Shown piece by piece: positions 31,921 to 42,211 of a stretch of 64,000 nucleotides of DNA; within the stretch, counting starts at the first letter, position 1, and the number at the start of each line of letters is the position of its first letter. The notes beneath the pieces were generated by a model that saw nothing but the letters and a program-made list of their open reading frames with translations, did no database searches and had not been told where the DNA came from. This DNA comes from Patescibacteria group bacterium (GTDB lineage Bacteria > Patescibacteriota > WWE3 > UBA101185 > UBA10185), in assembly GCA_049322215.1 (NCBI GenBank), contig JBMORU010000001.1, positions 755 through 64,754 on the forward strand. The letters run 5' to 3'. A program made the position numbers and the translations under genes.

Positions 31921-32721
31921 CTATAAAGGAAAAACTACATTTCCTAAATAGGTCAAAAAGTACTTGTAGTCATAGCTTCTTAAATAAGTAATCACCTCTT
32001 TATCAGGGTGCCCAAAGGCATTTTCTTTCCCCACAGGAATAACAATATAATCAGGTTTATAAGCTTTAAATATATTAGTATTTAAACTTGCAAGCGAGCC
32101 ATGATGAGGAAACTTATATATAAGCAAGGGTTTTTGAGCCCAAGTGGGAGCAACTTCCCCTACTATATTATCTAAAACAGTGCTAGCCACGTCACCCGTC
32201 ATTAATATTGTAGTATTTGGAGATTCAATAAGCATAACTAGAGATAAACTATTTAAATCTTCAGAAAAATACCCGTTTGGAGGCCATAGTACTTTTATAA
32301 AAATCTCATCTATAGATAAAACATCGCCTCTTTGTAAAATGAATGTTTCGGTGGTTGCAGATGAAATAGCACGCAAATAATCGTCAGCTGCCACATAAAA
32401 ATTAGCAACATAAATGTTTTTAACATTACAATAGTTAACTAAACGACTTAATCCAAAATAATGGTCTTTATGAGGATGTGTGATAAAAACTGAATCTAGA
32501 CGACACTCATTAAACAAAAATAACTCAGATATATAATTAGAAACCTCAAAATTAGGCCCTGCATCTATTAATATTAATTTCCCTTTGCTGGTTTTAATAA
32601 GAGTGGCGTCGCCTTGTCCAACATTCAAAAAACTAACAAAAGGCTTTTTGTTTATTTGAGAGCAGTAAAACAGCAACTGAACAATAAAACCCATCAAAAG
32701 AAGTCCTAGTAATTTACGCAT
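31921..32721 (-). CDS. ComEC-associated metallo-beta-lactamase-fold nuclease (split ComEC C-terminal part)
   Basis: FLNVGQGDA, IDAGP, THPHKDH, LMTGD, PHHGS, FGHP. Confidence 0.88.
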   Translation of the reverse strand: MRKLLGLLLMGFIVQLLFYCSQINKKPFVSFLNVGQGDATLIKTSKGKLILIDAGPNFEVSNYISELFLFNECRLDSVFITHPHKDHYFGLSRLVNYCNVKNIYVANFYVAADDYLRAISSATTETFILQRGDVLSIDEIFIKVLWPPNGYFSEDLNSLSLVMLIESPNTTILMTGDVASTVLDNIVGEVAPTWAQKPLLIYKFPHHGSLASLNTNIFKAYKPDYIVIPVGKENAFGHPDKEVITYLRSYDYKYFLTYLGNVVFPL

Positions 32722-33745
32722 ATAGCCTATTTATTTTTTTGAATAAAATGATAATACCAAGTAAAGCTAAGTAATAAAGACAAAAAACAGGTTTAGAAAT
32801 GGTGAAGTCTAAATTCATATATGAAAGCCGACTAAAAAACTCATTTATTAAAACAAATGAGTTTACAGGTATAAATAGCAAACTACTAAACAATACTGCT
32901 AAGGCATTACTAACCCTGATAGAAACAAGAAATAAAATTCCAAGCAAAGTTGCAATCGAAATTGACCAAAGAGAAAAAAAATTTACTAAAGGACTTATTA
33001 TGCTAATTCTACCAAAAGTAATAGATATAAGTGGCCATACAAGTAACTGTGCGGCTATAGAACTTACTAAGTCCTCTCTCAACCACGACAAAGGAATGAA
33101 ATTAATTTTTGGCAGTGATTTTCCTATAGGGTCGGTAAGTAAGAATAGACCTAGTGTAGATAAAAAGCTTAATTGAAAACTTAAGCTGAACAAACTGCTA
33201 GGAGAATGAATCAACATTAGTAAAGCCACAATAAGCAATGAGTACAAACTTCCAACTGACCTCCCATATACCTTACCTGTTAAGGCAAATACTATCATTA
33301 GCCACGCACGCACTACGGGTGCCTCAAACCCAACTAGCCAAACATAAAGAATTAGTATGACATTTATAAAAAGGAAATTCCTTGGTAAATATATAGACCC
33401 AAATATGCTTAATAAAAGTTGCACCAATAACTGCACGTTGTAGCCAGATACCACAGCAACATGTATTGTTCCGTTTTCTATTAGCTGTTCTTTAAAAATT
33501 GGTACATTGTAAAAAAAGTCTGACCCTACAAGTAAACCAACTATTAATTCACTTTCAGGGCTTGGAAAGTAGTTTTTAATTTCATCGTAAATTTCGCTCT
33601 TAATAGAGTCTTGCTTAAAAATGGTATCTGTCTCAAGCTCAACAGACTTACATGAAAATTCATGAAAAATGGTCGGACAAAAAGTAAGCAATCTAAATAT
33701 AAGAATAATCATTAATGGAAGTATTACTTTTAAAACTCTACTCAA
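32714..33745 (-). CDS. comEC: ComEC/Rec2 competence channel domain protein
   Basis: GTIHVAVVSGYN, PVVRAWLM, SFQLSF, multiple TM helices. Confidence 0.9.
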   Translation of the reverse strand: MSRVLKVILPLMIILIFRLLTFCPTIFHEFSCKSVELETDTIFKQDSIKSEIYDEIKNYFPSPESELIVGLLVGSDFFYNVPIFKEQLIENGTIHVAVVSGYNVQLLVQLLLSIFGSIYLPRNFLFINVILILYVWLVGFEAPVVRAWLMIVFALTGKVYGRSVGSLYSLLIVALLMLIHSPSSLFSLSFQLSFLSTLGLFLLTDPIGKSLPKINFIPLSWLREDLVSSIAAQLLVWPLISITFGRISIISPLVNFFSLWSISIATLLGILFLVSIRVSNALAVLFSSLLFIPVNSFVLINEFFSRLSYMNLDFTISKPVFCLYYLALLGIIILFKKINRLYA

Positions 33746-34364
33746 AGCTAACTTCCTTGCTTATAGAATGTGCAGTATTTGAGGGCAAACCACTTCTTTC
33801 CAGAAAGTCATCTACAGAACCATAAGGTCGATTTTGTATAATTAAAGCTGCGTATTTTGGGCCTATACCCTTAAGTTCATCTAACTCAGCGGCAGAAGCA
33901 GTATTTATTGAAATTCTTGAATTCTGAGATACCTCACTAGTCCCTTCAAAAATGGACTCAGGCATAGAGTCTGAAATATTTACAGTGGCTTCAGTTAGCC
34001 AACTATCACTTAGCAGTGGAATATATACCTTACTACCAGAGGTAACTTTAGAAGCAAGAGACAAGTTTTTTTCTATCCAGGATAAGTCAGCATCAGGACT
34101 AAAACCCCCTGCAGTGCTAATTAGGTCAGACAATATAGTATTAGAAGGAACCCAATAAACGCTTGGTAAATTTATTCCACCTGATATATCAACAGGTATT
34201 AAATCTACAGAGGCTGTGGAATTTAAATTGGTATCAATTTCACTTGTGTTAGGATTTATTTTTTCGGTATATGATTCATTTCTTTTTTCTACAGCAAAGT
34301 AAATAAATAAAACGACGACTATACAAAACAACACACTACTAATAAGACTGAAAACTTTTAGCAT
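33738..34364 (-). CDS. comEA: ComEA-family DNA receptor (SLBB + HhH)
   Basis: TM, VDISGGI..P.VY...AGG, ISINTAS..ELDELKGIGPKYA..II..RPY. Confidence 0.9.
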   Translation of the reverse strand: MLKVFSLISSVLFCIVVVLFIYFAVEKRNESYTEKINPNTSEIDTNLNSTASVDLIPVDISGGINLPSVYWVPSNTILSDLISTAGGFSPDADLSWIEKNLSLASKVTSGSKVYIPLLSDSWLTEATVNISDSMPESIFEGTSEVSQNSRISINTASAAELDELKGIGPKYAALIIQNRPYGSVDDFLERSGLPSNTAHSISKEVSFE

Positions 34365-34592
34365 TATTACAATTTACACATATTTAGTTGTACTAAAATG
34401 CTTATTATTCTATTTAAATTAGAGAATAATTACCGCACAAATATGTGCGGGGAATTTACCACTTATGTATTAATAACAAAATATCATTATTTTTCCCCGC
34501 AAAAATACCGCATTGTTATGCTGAATAAATGCGACACATTGCTACAAAACATTGAGCACTTATTTATAAAAACTTTTAATTGTTATGGAATA

Positions 34593-34895
34593 TTAGTTAG
34601 ATTCTTCTAAAGCTTCCTGCATAATCTCTTTAAAGGCATCATTCTTATTTAAGTCACGAAGCAATGAAACAATTTTGGTCTTATTTAGAGTATAAAAAAC
34701 TTCTCTTCCCTTTTTGTCACTTCTTAAAAACCCCAAAGAGGCTAAAACACGCAAATGATGAGAAGCTAGATTTTCCTCTACATTAAGATTTTCAGCAACA
34801 TCGCCTACATTTTTCCTACCGTCACTCAGCATGCTTAAAATCTTAAGTCTGTTTTTGTCTGATAGCGCTTTAGAAAGCTTTATTATATTAACCAT
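34593..34895 (-). CDS. ArsR/SmtB-family transcriptional regulator
   Basis: KALSDKNRLKIL..L...NV..VAE...SHHLRVL...G...K.GREVFY.L. Confidence 0.9.
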   Translation of the reverse strand: MVNIIKLSKALSDKNRLKILSMLSDGRKNVGDVAENLNVEENLASHHLRVLASLGFLRSDKKGREVFYTLNKTKIVSLLRDLNKNDAFKEIMQEALEESN

Positions 34896-34941
34896 TGTGT
34901 GTAATATACAATGAACATTAGAATATTTCAAACAATAAACA

Positions 34942-36474
34942 TTAGAATGTTTTTGCCCTAAACTGCCAAGCTTCTAATATGTGTTTGTCTACAATTGTTT
35001 TTGAATCCTCTAAATCAGCAATAGTTTGACCCAACTTAATTAATTTAAAATAAATACGCATTGAGAATTGATACTTCTTTTTTAATTCATTTAAAACATC
35101 ATAAGCCTCAGAAGAAACACTTAATAGGTCAGTAATCAAATTAAAAGGAAGCTTAGCGTTAGTAGAAAATGAATAGTTTTTATAACGATCCTTTTGCTTA
35201 TAGCGGGCATTGCTAATTTTATTTAGCAGTTCTTGAAAATTTACAGCAGACGGAAGCCTCTTAGTACTTAAATCTACTGGAGTTAAGTGCACTAACATAT
35301 CAAATCTATCTAAAATTGGTCCGGAAATTTTCTTAGTGTACCTAGTACGCTCAGAAACACTACATTTGCAGTCTATGCTTGGATGTGTTGAATACCCACA
35401 GGGACAAGGATTCATGGCAGCAACAAGCAGAAAGTTACAAGGAAAAACAGATGTTCCGCTAGCGCGGGCAAGGCGTACTGTTCCAGACTCTATAGGTTCT
35501 CTTAGAGATTCTATTACACTTCTAGAAAATTCTGGGAGCTCATCGAGAAATAAAACACCATTATGTGCTTTAGTAACTTCACCCGGCTTAAGCGCAGCTC
35601 CACCCCCTATTATACTGATATGAGAACTTGTATGATGTGGTGATCTAAAAAGCTCTTTAGAATTAAAAATAGGCCTTGTATTTTGTAGCGAAGAAATTTT
35701 CATTACTTCAAGCTTTTCTTCACTAGATAGTGGAGGTAACAGATCCAGTAGGGATTTAGCTAATAAAGTTTTTCCTACCCCCGGAGAACCGTACAGTAAA
35801 AGATTGTGATTACCTGCAGCTGCAATATGTAGAGCATGTTTAGCCTTATATTGCCCTATAATGCTAGTATATGCGGAAGCGGTAAAATTTAACGGAACTT
35901 TTTTGTCTGTTACATCAAACTCTGTGGGTTTAGTCGACAATCCAATACACTTGGATAATTTATAAGTGCCCTGCAAATGCGCATGTAGAGCAGTCAAAGA
36001 TTCTACTATATATACTTCACTAAATATATTAAAAAACTCTTGATATAGTTGCGCATTTTTTGGTAACAACAACCCAGTCGCATGCTGGTTTTTTGCAAAT
36101 TCAAAGAAAATAGGAATACCCTTTATATGACGTACAGTTCCATCTAGTGAAAGTTCTCCAAGTACTAATATTTCTTTGGGAAATTCTACTTTTAGTAAAC
36201 AACATATGATCCCCAGAGCAATTGGTAAATCGTAATAGGAACCGTTTTTTGGTACATCTGCTGGAGCCAAATTAATAGTAATTCTAGCTGGCGGAAAATT
36301 GATTCCAGAATTAAGCAAAGCAGTTCTAATGCGTTGTTTGCTTTCTGCAATTGCCTTATTAGGTAAACCTACAATATCAAAAGTTGGAAAACCTCTACTA
36401 GCAACATCTACTTCTACAGTAATAGGAATCGCACTTAATCCCACCAAGGCCGCAGAAGAAACTTTAACTAGCAT
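34942..36474 (-). CDS. comM: ComM/YifB Mg-chelatase-like AAA+ helicase
   Basis: IVGLP...ES..RIR.A, NLAPAD, GELSLDG, GSPGVGKT, FRSPHHT, LFLDELPEF, AMNPCPCG, SGPILDRFD. Confidence 0.93.
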   Translation of the reverse strand: MLVKVSSAALVGLSAIPITVEVDVASRGFPTFDIVGLPNKAIAESKQRIRTALLNSGINFPPARITINLAPADVPKNGSYYDLPIALGIICCLLKVEFPKEILVLGELSLDGTVRHIKGIPIFFEFAKNQHATGLLLPKNAQLYQEFFNIFSEVYIVESLTALHAHLQGTYKLSKCIGLSTKPTEFDVTDKKVPLNFTASAYTSIIGQYKAKHALHIAAAGNHNLLLYGSPGVGKTLLAKSLLDLLPPLSSEEKLEVMKISSLQNTRPIFNSKELFRSPHHTSSHISIIGGGAALKPGEVTKAHNGVLFLDELPEFSRSVIESLREPIESGTVRLARASGTSVFPCNFLLVAAMNPCPCGYSTHPSIDCKCSVSERTRYTKKISGPILDRFDMLVHLTPVDLSTKRLPSAVNFQELLNKISNARYKQKDRYKNYSFSTNAKLPFNLITDLLSVSSEAYDVLNELKKKYQFSMRIYFKLIKLGQTIADLEDSKTIVDKHILEAWQFRAKTF

Positions 36475-37318
36475 AAAAAACCCCAGAAGACTCAAATACA
36501 ACACCTGCGACACATAAACTTGTTGTTTCAATAGATAAAACACTAGGAGATAAGTTAGTTGCTTCTAGTAAAGTATCAAAATGCATTGGGTTATCTTTTA
36601 ATGCATTTAGTATTAATTTTTGATCCTTACTGAAATTATTTATCAAATTTTTGTGCGTTTCGGAAACCTTTATGTTTAGTAAAGCGAGCATATCTTTTCC
36701 TGTAGTTATAGGTAATGCGCCAGACTTTAGTAAAAAATTATTCCCACTATAACTAACATTAAAAACATCGCCAGGTATAGTCATTAGAATACGACTTAAA
36801 TTTTTACAATACTTGGCTGTAATTAATGATCCACTGTTTTTTCGCGCTTCTACAACTAAAACTCCCAAAGATAATCCGGCTACAATGCGGTTTCTTTTTG
36901 GAAACGACCATTTTCGTGGAGCTATATTGCCTGGGTGCTCAGATAAAACTAAAGACTCAGATTCTATAATTTTGTTATACAACTCAAAGTTTTCAGAAGG
37001 AACTATATAGTCAATACCTCCTGGTAGTACTGCAATAGTTTTCAAATTGTACTCTAAAGCTAATTTGTGCGCTTCAGTATCAATACCGCGCATAAACCCA
37101 GATACAATTGTCACATTTGTACCCACTAGGTCTTTGAATATCACATTTAATAATACTTTCCCATATGCGGTAACTTCTCTACTACCAACTACTGCAATAC
37201 ATTCATTGAACAAATCGTTGTTCCAAAATCCTTTGTAATACAGATTTTTAGGGGGATTACGTAAGCTTTTTAGTTGTTTGGGATAATCTACTGTATCTAG
37301 CAAAACACAATTTGACAT
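36464..37318 (-). CDS. dprA: DNA-processing protein DprA
   Basis: YP..L.....PP, IAVVGSR..T.YG, IVSGFMRGID..AH, FPKRNRIVAGLS, EA...SGSLITA. Confidence 0.95.
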   Translation of the reverse strand: MSNCVLLDTVDYPKQLKSLRNPPKNLYYKGFWNNDLFNECIAVVGSREVTAYGKVLLNVIFKDLVGTNVTIVSGFMRGIDTEAHKLALEYNLKTIAVLPGGIDYIVPSENFELYNKIIESESLVLSEHPGNIAPRKWSFPKRNRIVAGLSLGVLVVEARKNSGSLITAKYCKNLSRILMTIPGDVFNVSYSGNNFLLKSGALPITTGKDMLALLNIKVSETHKNLINNFSKDQKLILNALKDNPMHFDTLLEATNLSPSVLSIETTSLCVAGVVFESSGVFYAS

Positions 37319-37412
37319 ATTGAAAGACTATTCGAGGTTCAAGTTTCATACAAATACATTATTTCTAGTTAAAATAGATTGTTCATATGTAAATTTAAGA
37401 TATAATCACCGT

Positions 37413-38072
37413 ATGGATAAATTAATATCGGTAGATGCAATTATAAAGCACGCAAAAAAAGAAGGTATAGACTTTGGTAAAGGCAATCCTTATAACAGGT
37501 TGAGATATTATACAAAAATAGGTTGGTTACCCCACATGGTACGCAAAAAAAGCAAAGATGGCAGCACTAAAGGACACTACCCAACTTGGGTAGTTGAACG
37601 ACTACTCTTAATAGAAGACTTTAAAAAGCAAGGATTAAACAACGACCAAATAACTGAAAAACTCAAAACTAAAACTAAAGTTCAGACTTTGTTTAATGTA
37701 TTTGCTACACCCGAAATGAAAAATAGGCTTTTTATTTATCTATTAATAATAGGATTTGTATTTTTAATTGCGGCAGAGTTGGAAATAATAAATATAGGAA
37801 CATCTAAAAGAAATATAATTAATGTTAACGAAATTAGCACAACACAAATAATTGACTCGGGATCCGCCTACATACCTTTTGAAAAAAATGAGGTGTTCAT
37901 TCCAAACACAAAAGTGCAAATAACCTCAAAAATACATGTGACATTCAATGATGATTATTCACCTGCATCAAGATACTGGATAAAGGATGTAAAACCAGGA
38001 CAAGGCTTTATAGTAACTTTAGATACAGCAACAAGTAGAGATGCTGGCTTTAATTGGTGGATTTCTAATTAA
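37413..38072 (+). CDS. MerR-like HTH protein with central TM helix and C-terminal beta domain
   Basis: NRLRYYTKIGWLP...GHYP...RL..I...K..G is MerR-like. Hydrophobic LFIYLLIIGFVFLIA segment follows. Confidence 0.7.
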   Translation: MDKLISVDAIIKHAKKEGIDFGKGNPYNRLRYYTKIGWLPHMVRKKSKDGSTKGHYPTWVVERLLLIEDFKKQGLNNDQITEKLKTKTKVQTLFNVFATPEMKNRLFIYLLIIGFVFLIAAELEIINIGTSKRNIINVNEISTTQIIDSGSAYIPFEKNEVFIPNTKVQITSKIHVTFNDDYSPASRYWIKDVKPGQGFIVTLDTATSRDAGFNWWISN

Positions 38073-38223
38073 AACCTATCAAAACAGCGTATTCTCCATC
38101 TTCTCCCGTTAAGGGAATATACATTATTGACATTAAATACGTAAACCCTTTATGCTTTTAGTAGTTCAAATTTTCACCTGCCTGGGATAATTTAATCCTG
38201 TGGTTGGTTATTAGGGGTAATGT

Positions 38224-40575
38224 ATGGAATCAACCAAGATACAACAAAATAGAGAGACATTCATAGAAATGCTTTTAAATGTATTGCCTACAATACTTGC
38301 ATTTCTTGTGCCAATATTCTTTCTACCATTAACTTCAGAGTTTTTTGAGTTTAATAAATTAATGTTAATAACAGTATCAACAATTTTTATGCTTTTTGTA
38401 TGGGCATTAAAAATGTTATTTAACAAAAAAGTATATATGGCAAAATCAAGTATAGATTTGCCCTTAATGTTACTTACTGTAGTGTTTATACTGGCTACAG
38501 TTTTTTCTATAGATAAAACATCAAGTATTTATGGAAAGTACGGCAGATGGTTTCCTAGTGTTTCCGGTATTATCACACTGGTGTCATTTTATTATGTAGT
38601 TGCATCTAATACCGTAAGTGAAAAAATAATAAAAAATACAGTGTTTGCCTTTATATTTGGTGCAACTATCGCCTCAATTGTTGCTCTACTAAGATATTTT
38701 GGAGTTACATTAGGAAGTGCCGCCTTTTTACAGGCGCCTAATTTTACCCTAACTGGATCTGCCACAAGCACAGTAATACTTGCAGCCTTAGGTGCAGTTT
38801 TATCTGTAGTATTCTTGACTTACGAAAAATCAATAGCAGTTAAAATTCTTCTTGTTCAAACAGCTGCTGTTAACTTTATGGCAGTAGCTTTACTTAACTT
38901 ATTACCCGGCTGGGCAGTGCTAAGCGCTGGTTTATTAGGCTTTTTAATATTTGTTCCTATAAACAAAGCATTAGAAAATAAACAACATTTAACTGCACTG
39001 TTAGGCGTTGGCGTTGCCTTGGTTTTGGCATTACTTTTACCCACTTCAAGAGATTTAGTTGTAAATAATAATTATCCAAAGGAAATAACGTTAGGTGCAA
39101 GAGAATCATGGGTTGTAGCATTATCAACAGTTAGAGACTTCCCTGTGTTAGGATCTGGCCCTTCTACATTTTACTTGAATTTCCCTAGATACAGACCATT
39201 AACGTTAAATACAACAGAATTATGGAATATCAGATTCGATAAACCATTTAACGAAGTATTTGGGATAATGGCTTCTATAGGAATTTTAGGGTTATTAGCT
39301 ACAGCATTCTTTGTTTACAAAACCATTAAATTCTTACTTAATCACAGAGAATTTGAAGACGAAACAGGAACAACAGCAGCATTGAATATAGGAATAATGG
39401 CATTACTAGTTTCGTACGTATTCACCTATGCAACAGTAGTATCTACATTTACACTCTTCCTGTTTTTGGCCATGGCGGTAGCTAAATCAGCTGTTAATGC
39501 TAAATCAAAACATGCTGAAATAGTATTGTTAAGTTTAAGCGCTTCCAGTTTTTCAAGTATGTCAATAATTGGAAGTTTTCAAGACGGAAACAAAAGGGAA
39601 AGCTTACAATACGTTATAGCCTTACCTATGCTATTAGCCTTACTCGCAGGGGGATACTTATCATTTAAGGTATACGCAAGTGAGTACTACACACGTAAAG
39701 CTATTAAATCTTTACAAGCTAATAATGGAACCGCAACATACGATTTCCAAAGCAAAGCTATTAAATATAACCCAAGAAGAGATGTGTATAGAAATGCATA
39801 TGTTCAAACAAACATAGCCCTAGCCAATACATTGGCAGCAAACGAAAACTTGTCAGATAGCGACAAAGCTACAATTCAACAATTAATAGCTCAAGCTATA
39901 CAAGAGACAAGAACTTCAACAGAGGTACTAAACCCACTAAACGTTGGTGCTTGGGAATCAAGAGGTCAAGTTTATAGAGCCTTGATCGGAGTTGCTCAAG
40001 AATCAGATACCTGGGCAATAAGATCATACAGCACGGCAGTGCAGCTAGATCCAACAAACCCAAGGCTAAGAGTTGACCTGGGCGGGATATATTACCTAAA
40101 AGGTGATTACTTATCTGCAGCAAACCTATTCAGAGAAGCAACTAGACTAAAACCTGATTATGCGAATGGCTACTATAACCTAGCTAATGCCTTAAAGCAG
40201 CTTAATGCCCCTCAGGATGCGCTTAAGCAACTTGAGATAGCTCAAAGACTTGTAGAAGCAGGAAGCCCTGATGCTGAAAGAATAGCCGCTGAAATAGAAG
40301 CGTTAAAAGCTAATCCAACAGTTGCTGGAGTAACTACTCAAACTGGCCCAACAGTAGAAGAACTTGCACAACAAGGTTTACCCGAAGAACAAAAAGAAGA
40401 AACCGCACCGCAGGAACCTTTATCTATACCCAGAGAAAATAATTTATTAGAGGCGCAAGACCTTCAAACAAACACTGAAAATAACAGTACTGAGACCGAA
40501 ACAAAATCAGAGGGCACACAGCCTAACGAACAAGAAAACCAACCAATTGAAGTAGTAAACAACGAAAATCAATAA
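38224..40575 (+). CDS. O-antigen-ligase-like (Wzy_C) polytopic membrane protein with C-terminal TPRs
   Basis: About 12 TM segments, PVLGSGPSTF...R...F..PFNE...GILGL, and TPR repeats (AVQLDPTNP, ATRLKPDYANGYYNLA). Confidence 0.8.
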   Translation: MESTKIQQNRETFIEMLLNVLPTILAFLVPIFFLPLTSEFFEFNKLMLITVSTIFMLFVWALKMLFNKKVYMAKSSIDLPLMLLTVVFILATVFSIDKTSSIYGKYGRWFPSVSGIITLVSFYYVVASNTVSEKIIKNTVFAFIFGATIASIVALLRYFGVTLGSAAFLQAPNFTLTGSATSTVILAALGAVLSVVFLTYEKSIAVKILLVQTAAVNFMAVALLNLLPGWAVLSAGLLGFLIFVPINKALENKQHLTALLGVGVALVLALLLPTSRDLVVNNNYPKEITLGARESWVVALSTVRDFPVLGSGPSTFYLNFPRYRPLTLNTTELWNIRFDKPFNEVFGIMASIGILGLLATAFFVYKTIKFLLNHREFEDETGTTAALNIGIMALLVSYVFTYATVVSTFTLFLFLAMAVAKSAVNAKSKHAEIVLLSLSASSFSSMSIIGSFQDGNKRESLQYVIALPMLLALLAGGYLSFKVYASEYYTRKAIKSLQANNGTATYDFQSKAIKYNPRRDVYRNAYVQTNIALANTLAANENLSDSDKATIQQLIAQAIQETRTSTEVLNPLNVGAWESRGQVYRALIGVAQESDTWAIRSYSTAVQLDPTNPRLRVDLGGIYYLKGDYLSAANLFREATRLKPDYANGYYNLANALKQLNAPQDALKQLEIAQRLVEAGSPDAERIAAEIEALKANPTVAGVTTQTGPTVEELAQQGLPEEQKEETAPQEPLSIPRENNLLEAQDLQTNTENNSTETETKSEGTQPNEQENQPIEVVNNENQ

Positions 40576-40590
40576 CAATAACGTAAAACT

Positions 40591-40627
40591 AAAACCCCCA
40601 AGCATAAAACAAGTTTGGGGGTTTTTT
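40591..40627 (+). terminator. Intrinsic terminator
   Basis: AAAACCCCCAA...TTGGGGGTTTTTT. Confidence 0.75.
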
Positions 40628-40709
40628 GTTGCCTCACAAATTTTTAATAAAAAGCCCCCGACTGAAAATATAAATAATCAACCGAGAGCCTATAAAATAA
40701 AAGCGCCTC

Positions 40710-40853
40710 TTAGCTTTTGGTATTGAGTGCTATAACTAACGGGCACTTAGTGCATCCCTTAGCGCAAGTGGGCAATTTCTTTTTTTTCTCTTCTTTCTTT
40801 TCCCCTTTTTCCTCTACAAGGGTACCGTTTGTCATACTTACCTTTGAACTCAT
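40710..40853 (-). CDS. 47-aa Lys/Cys-rich microprotein (MSSKVSM...CAKGCTKC...)
   Basis: AAAGGAG SD before ATG 40853, TTTACA-N16-TATAAT upstream, long hairpin terminator at 40649-40691. Confidence 0.55.
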   Translation of the reverse strand: MSSKVSMTNGTLVEEKGEKKEEKKKKLPTCAKGCTKCPLVIALNTKS

Positions 40854-40986
40854 AGCTATCTCCTTTTTTGTGTAGAAAGTAAAATAATTATATAGACGAA
40901 TGTCTATGTGTAAAGGTTTTAAAAATAAAAAAAGCCAACCTTTGAAATCACAATGTATGAATTCAAAAGTTGGCAATAAGTGGTTA

Positions 40987-41247
40987 CTAACGAAGGAGTT
41001 CAATGTCTTCAGCACCAACTTTGGCACCGTAGGCAATTGCTTCCTTCAACGCATACTCAGAAGTTATGGGCTTGTTAGATACTACATCTACCCACCCATC
41101 GTCACCTTTTGTTGCTGTAAAATGCTTTTTTTGCTCAGGATTGAAGGTTACAGTAATACTTGGCCAGCCTTTTTCCCGAGAAAAACAGTCAACGAAGGCA
41201 GCGTCAGTTGAAACTTCAAAGCTTTGTTGCCCAATAAAATATTTCAT
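40987..41247 (-). CDS. Hypothetical protein (86 aa)
   Basis: AGAGGA SD. Followed by a long hairpin plus T tract at 40927-40974. Confidence 0.65.
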   Translation of the reverse strand: MKYFIGQQSFEVSTDAAFVDCFSREKGWPSITVTFNPEQKKHFTATKGDDGWVDVVSNKPITSEYALKEAIAYGAKVGAEDIELLR

Positions 41248-41257
41248 TTGATCCTCT

Positions 41258-41413
41258 TTACTTTGGTTTTTTTGTTAAATCGCCACCGCAGTTGGGACAA
41301 AATTTCTTCTTTTTGGGAACGTTGAACAGCCTTCTGCAATGAGGACAACGCTTAGCACCCTTACGTACAATGGGTACAGGTCTAATTGGAGCGCCGGGTA
41401 TTTCAAGTGGCAT
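41258..41413 (-). CDS. 51-aa zinc-ribbon microprotein, not in the ORF track (MPLEIPGAPIRPVPIVRKGAKRCPHCRRLFNVPKKKKFCPNCGGDLTKKPK)
   Basis: Translated by hand. GAGG SD inside the end of the upstream gene, CPHC/CPNC pairs, fills the gap between the flanking ORFs. Confidence 0.75.
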   Translation of the reverse strand: MPLEIPGAPIRPVPIVRKGAKRCPHCRRLFNVPKKKKFCPNCGGDLTKKPK

Positions 41414-41414
41414 T

Positions 41415-41891
41415 TTAACCTCTCAAGTTTTTGATCCAGGCCATCAGGGCTTGGGGAGCGCTTGTTAAAGGTAATCTGTACAGGAAAATTCCCGCAGGTT
41501 CCTCGTAGCGCTCAAAAACCATATTGTACAAAGGCATACCGTTTTTACCCCACCTAGCTACCCAGTCGGGACTGTTGAATTCGGTCTCAAGCCAAAGTCG
41601 ATGTGTAGGGTACCGTCGCGTTTCGGTTAGAAAAATGTGTACCTTATCCGCTTGGGTCATAATTTTGACTTTTGCAGGACGGCCAAAAACAGCATGAAAA
41701 GAACCTTGCTGCTTGTCAACCCAGGCAATTGTGGCAGAACGACCATCTATTACTAACAAATGGCGGTTCTTAGCTACATGAAGGATAGGATATCCCGAAG
41801 GGGATCTTTCATCTGCCAATACCGCACCGCGTGTCCCTGCAAGCAAAGGCAAGGCAACCGTTTCGGCTACAGTTTTTGCAAGTCTGCTCAT
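41415..41891 (-). CDS. Hypothetical protein (158 aa), GC-richer orphan
   Basis: TAAGGAG SD and TTGCTT-N17-TATAAT promoter upstream. Confidence 0.7.
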   Translation of the reverse strand: MSRLAKTVAETVALPLLAGTRGAVLADERSPSGYPILHVAKNRHLLVIDGRSATIAWVDKQQGSFHAVFGRPAKVKIMTQADKVHIFLTETRRYPTHRLWLETEFNSPDWVARWGKNGMPLYNMVFERYEEPAGIFLYRLPLTSAPQALMAWIKNLRG

Positions 41892-42211
41892 TTTTATCTC
41901 CTTATTTATTGATTTAGGGCTATATTTAAACCCATTCTTTAGTGATATTTATGACAAATTATACATGAAATTGCATATTAAAGCAACCTATAGTGTTAGA
42001 ACCCACCACTGTTTTTAATAATAAGTAGAAAACAAACACACAAATAAGAATTTTGTTGAAGAACTTAAAAAACTCTAAATGAATATAAGAAAATATAAAA
42101 CCTTGGTGAACCGCAATGTGGAATATTTTTATCTTAAGTTCATATTGGCAACAATTGTAGACAACCCTGATGCTATAGGGTATACTACAATCATATTCTG
42201 GAGGTAAAAAA

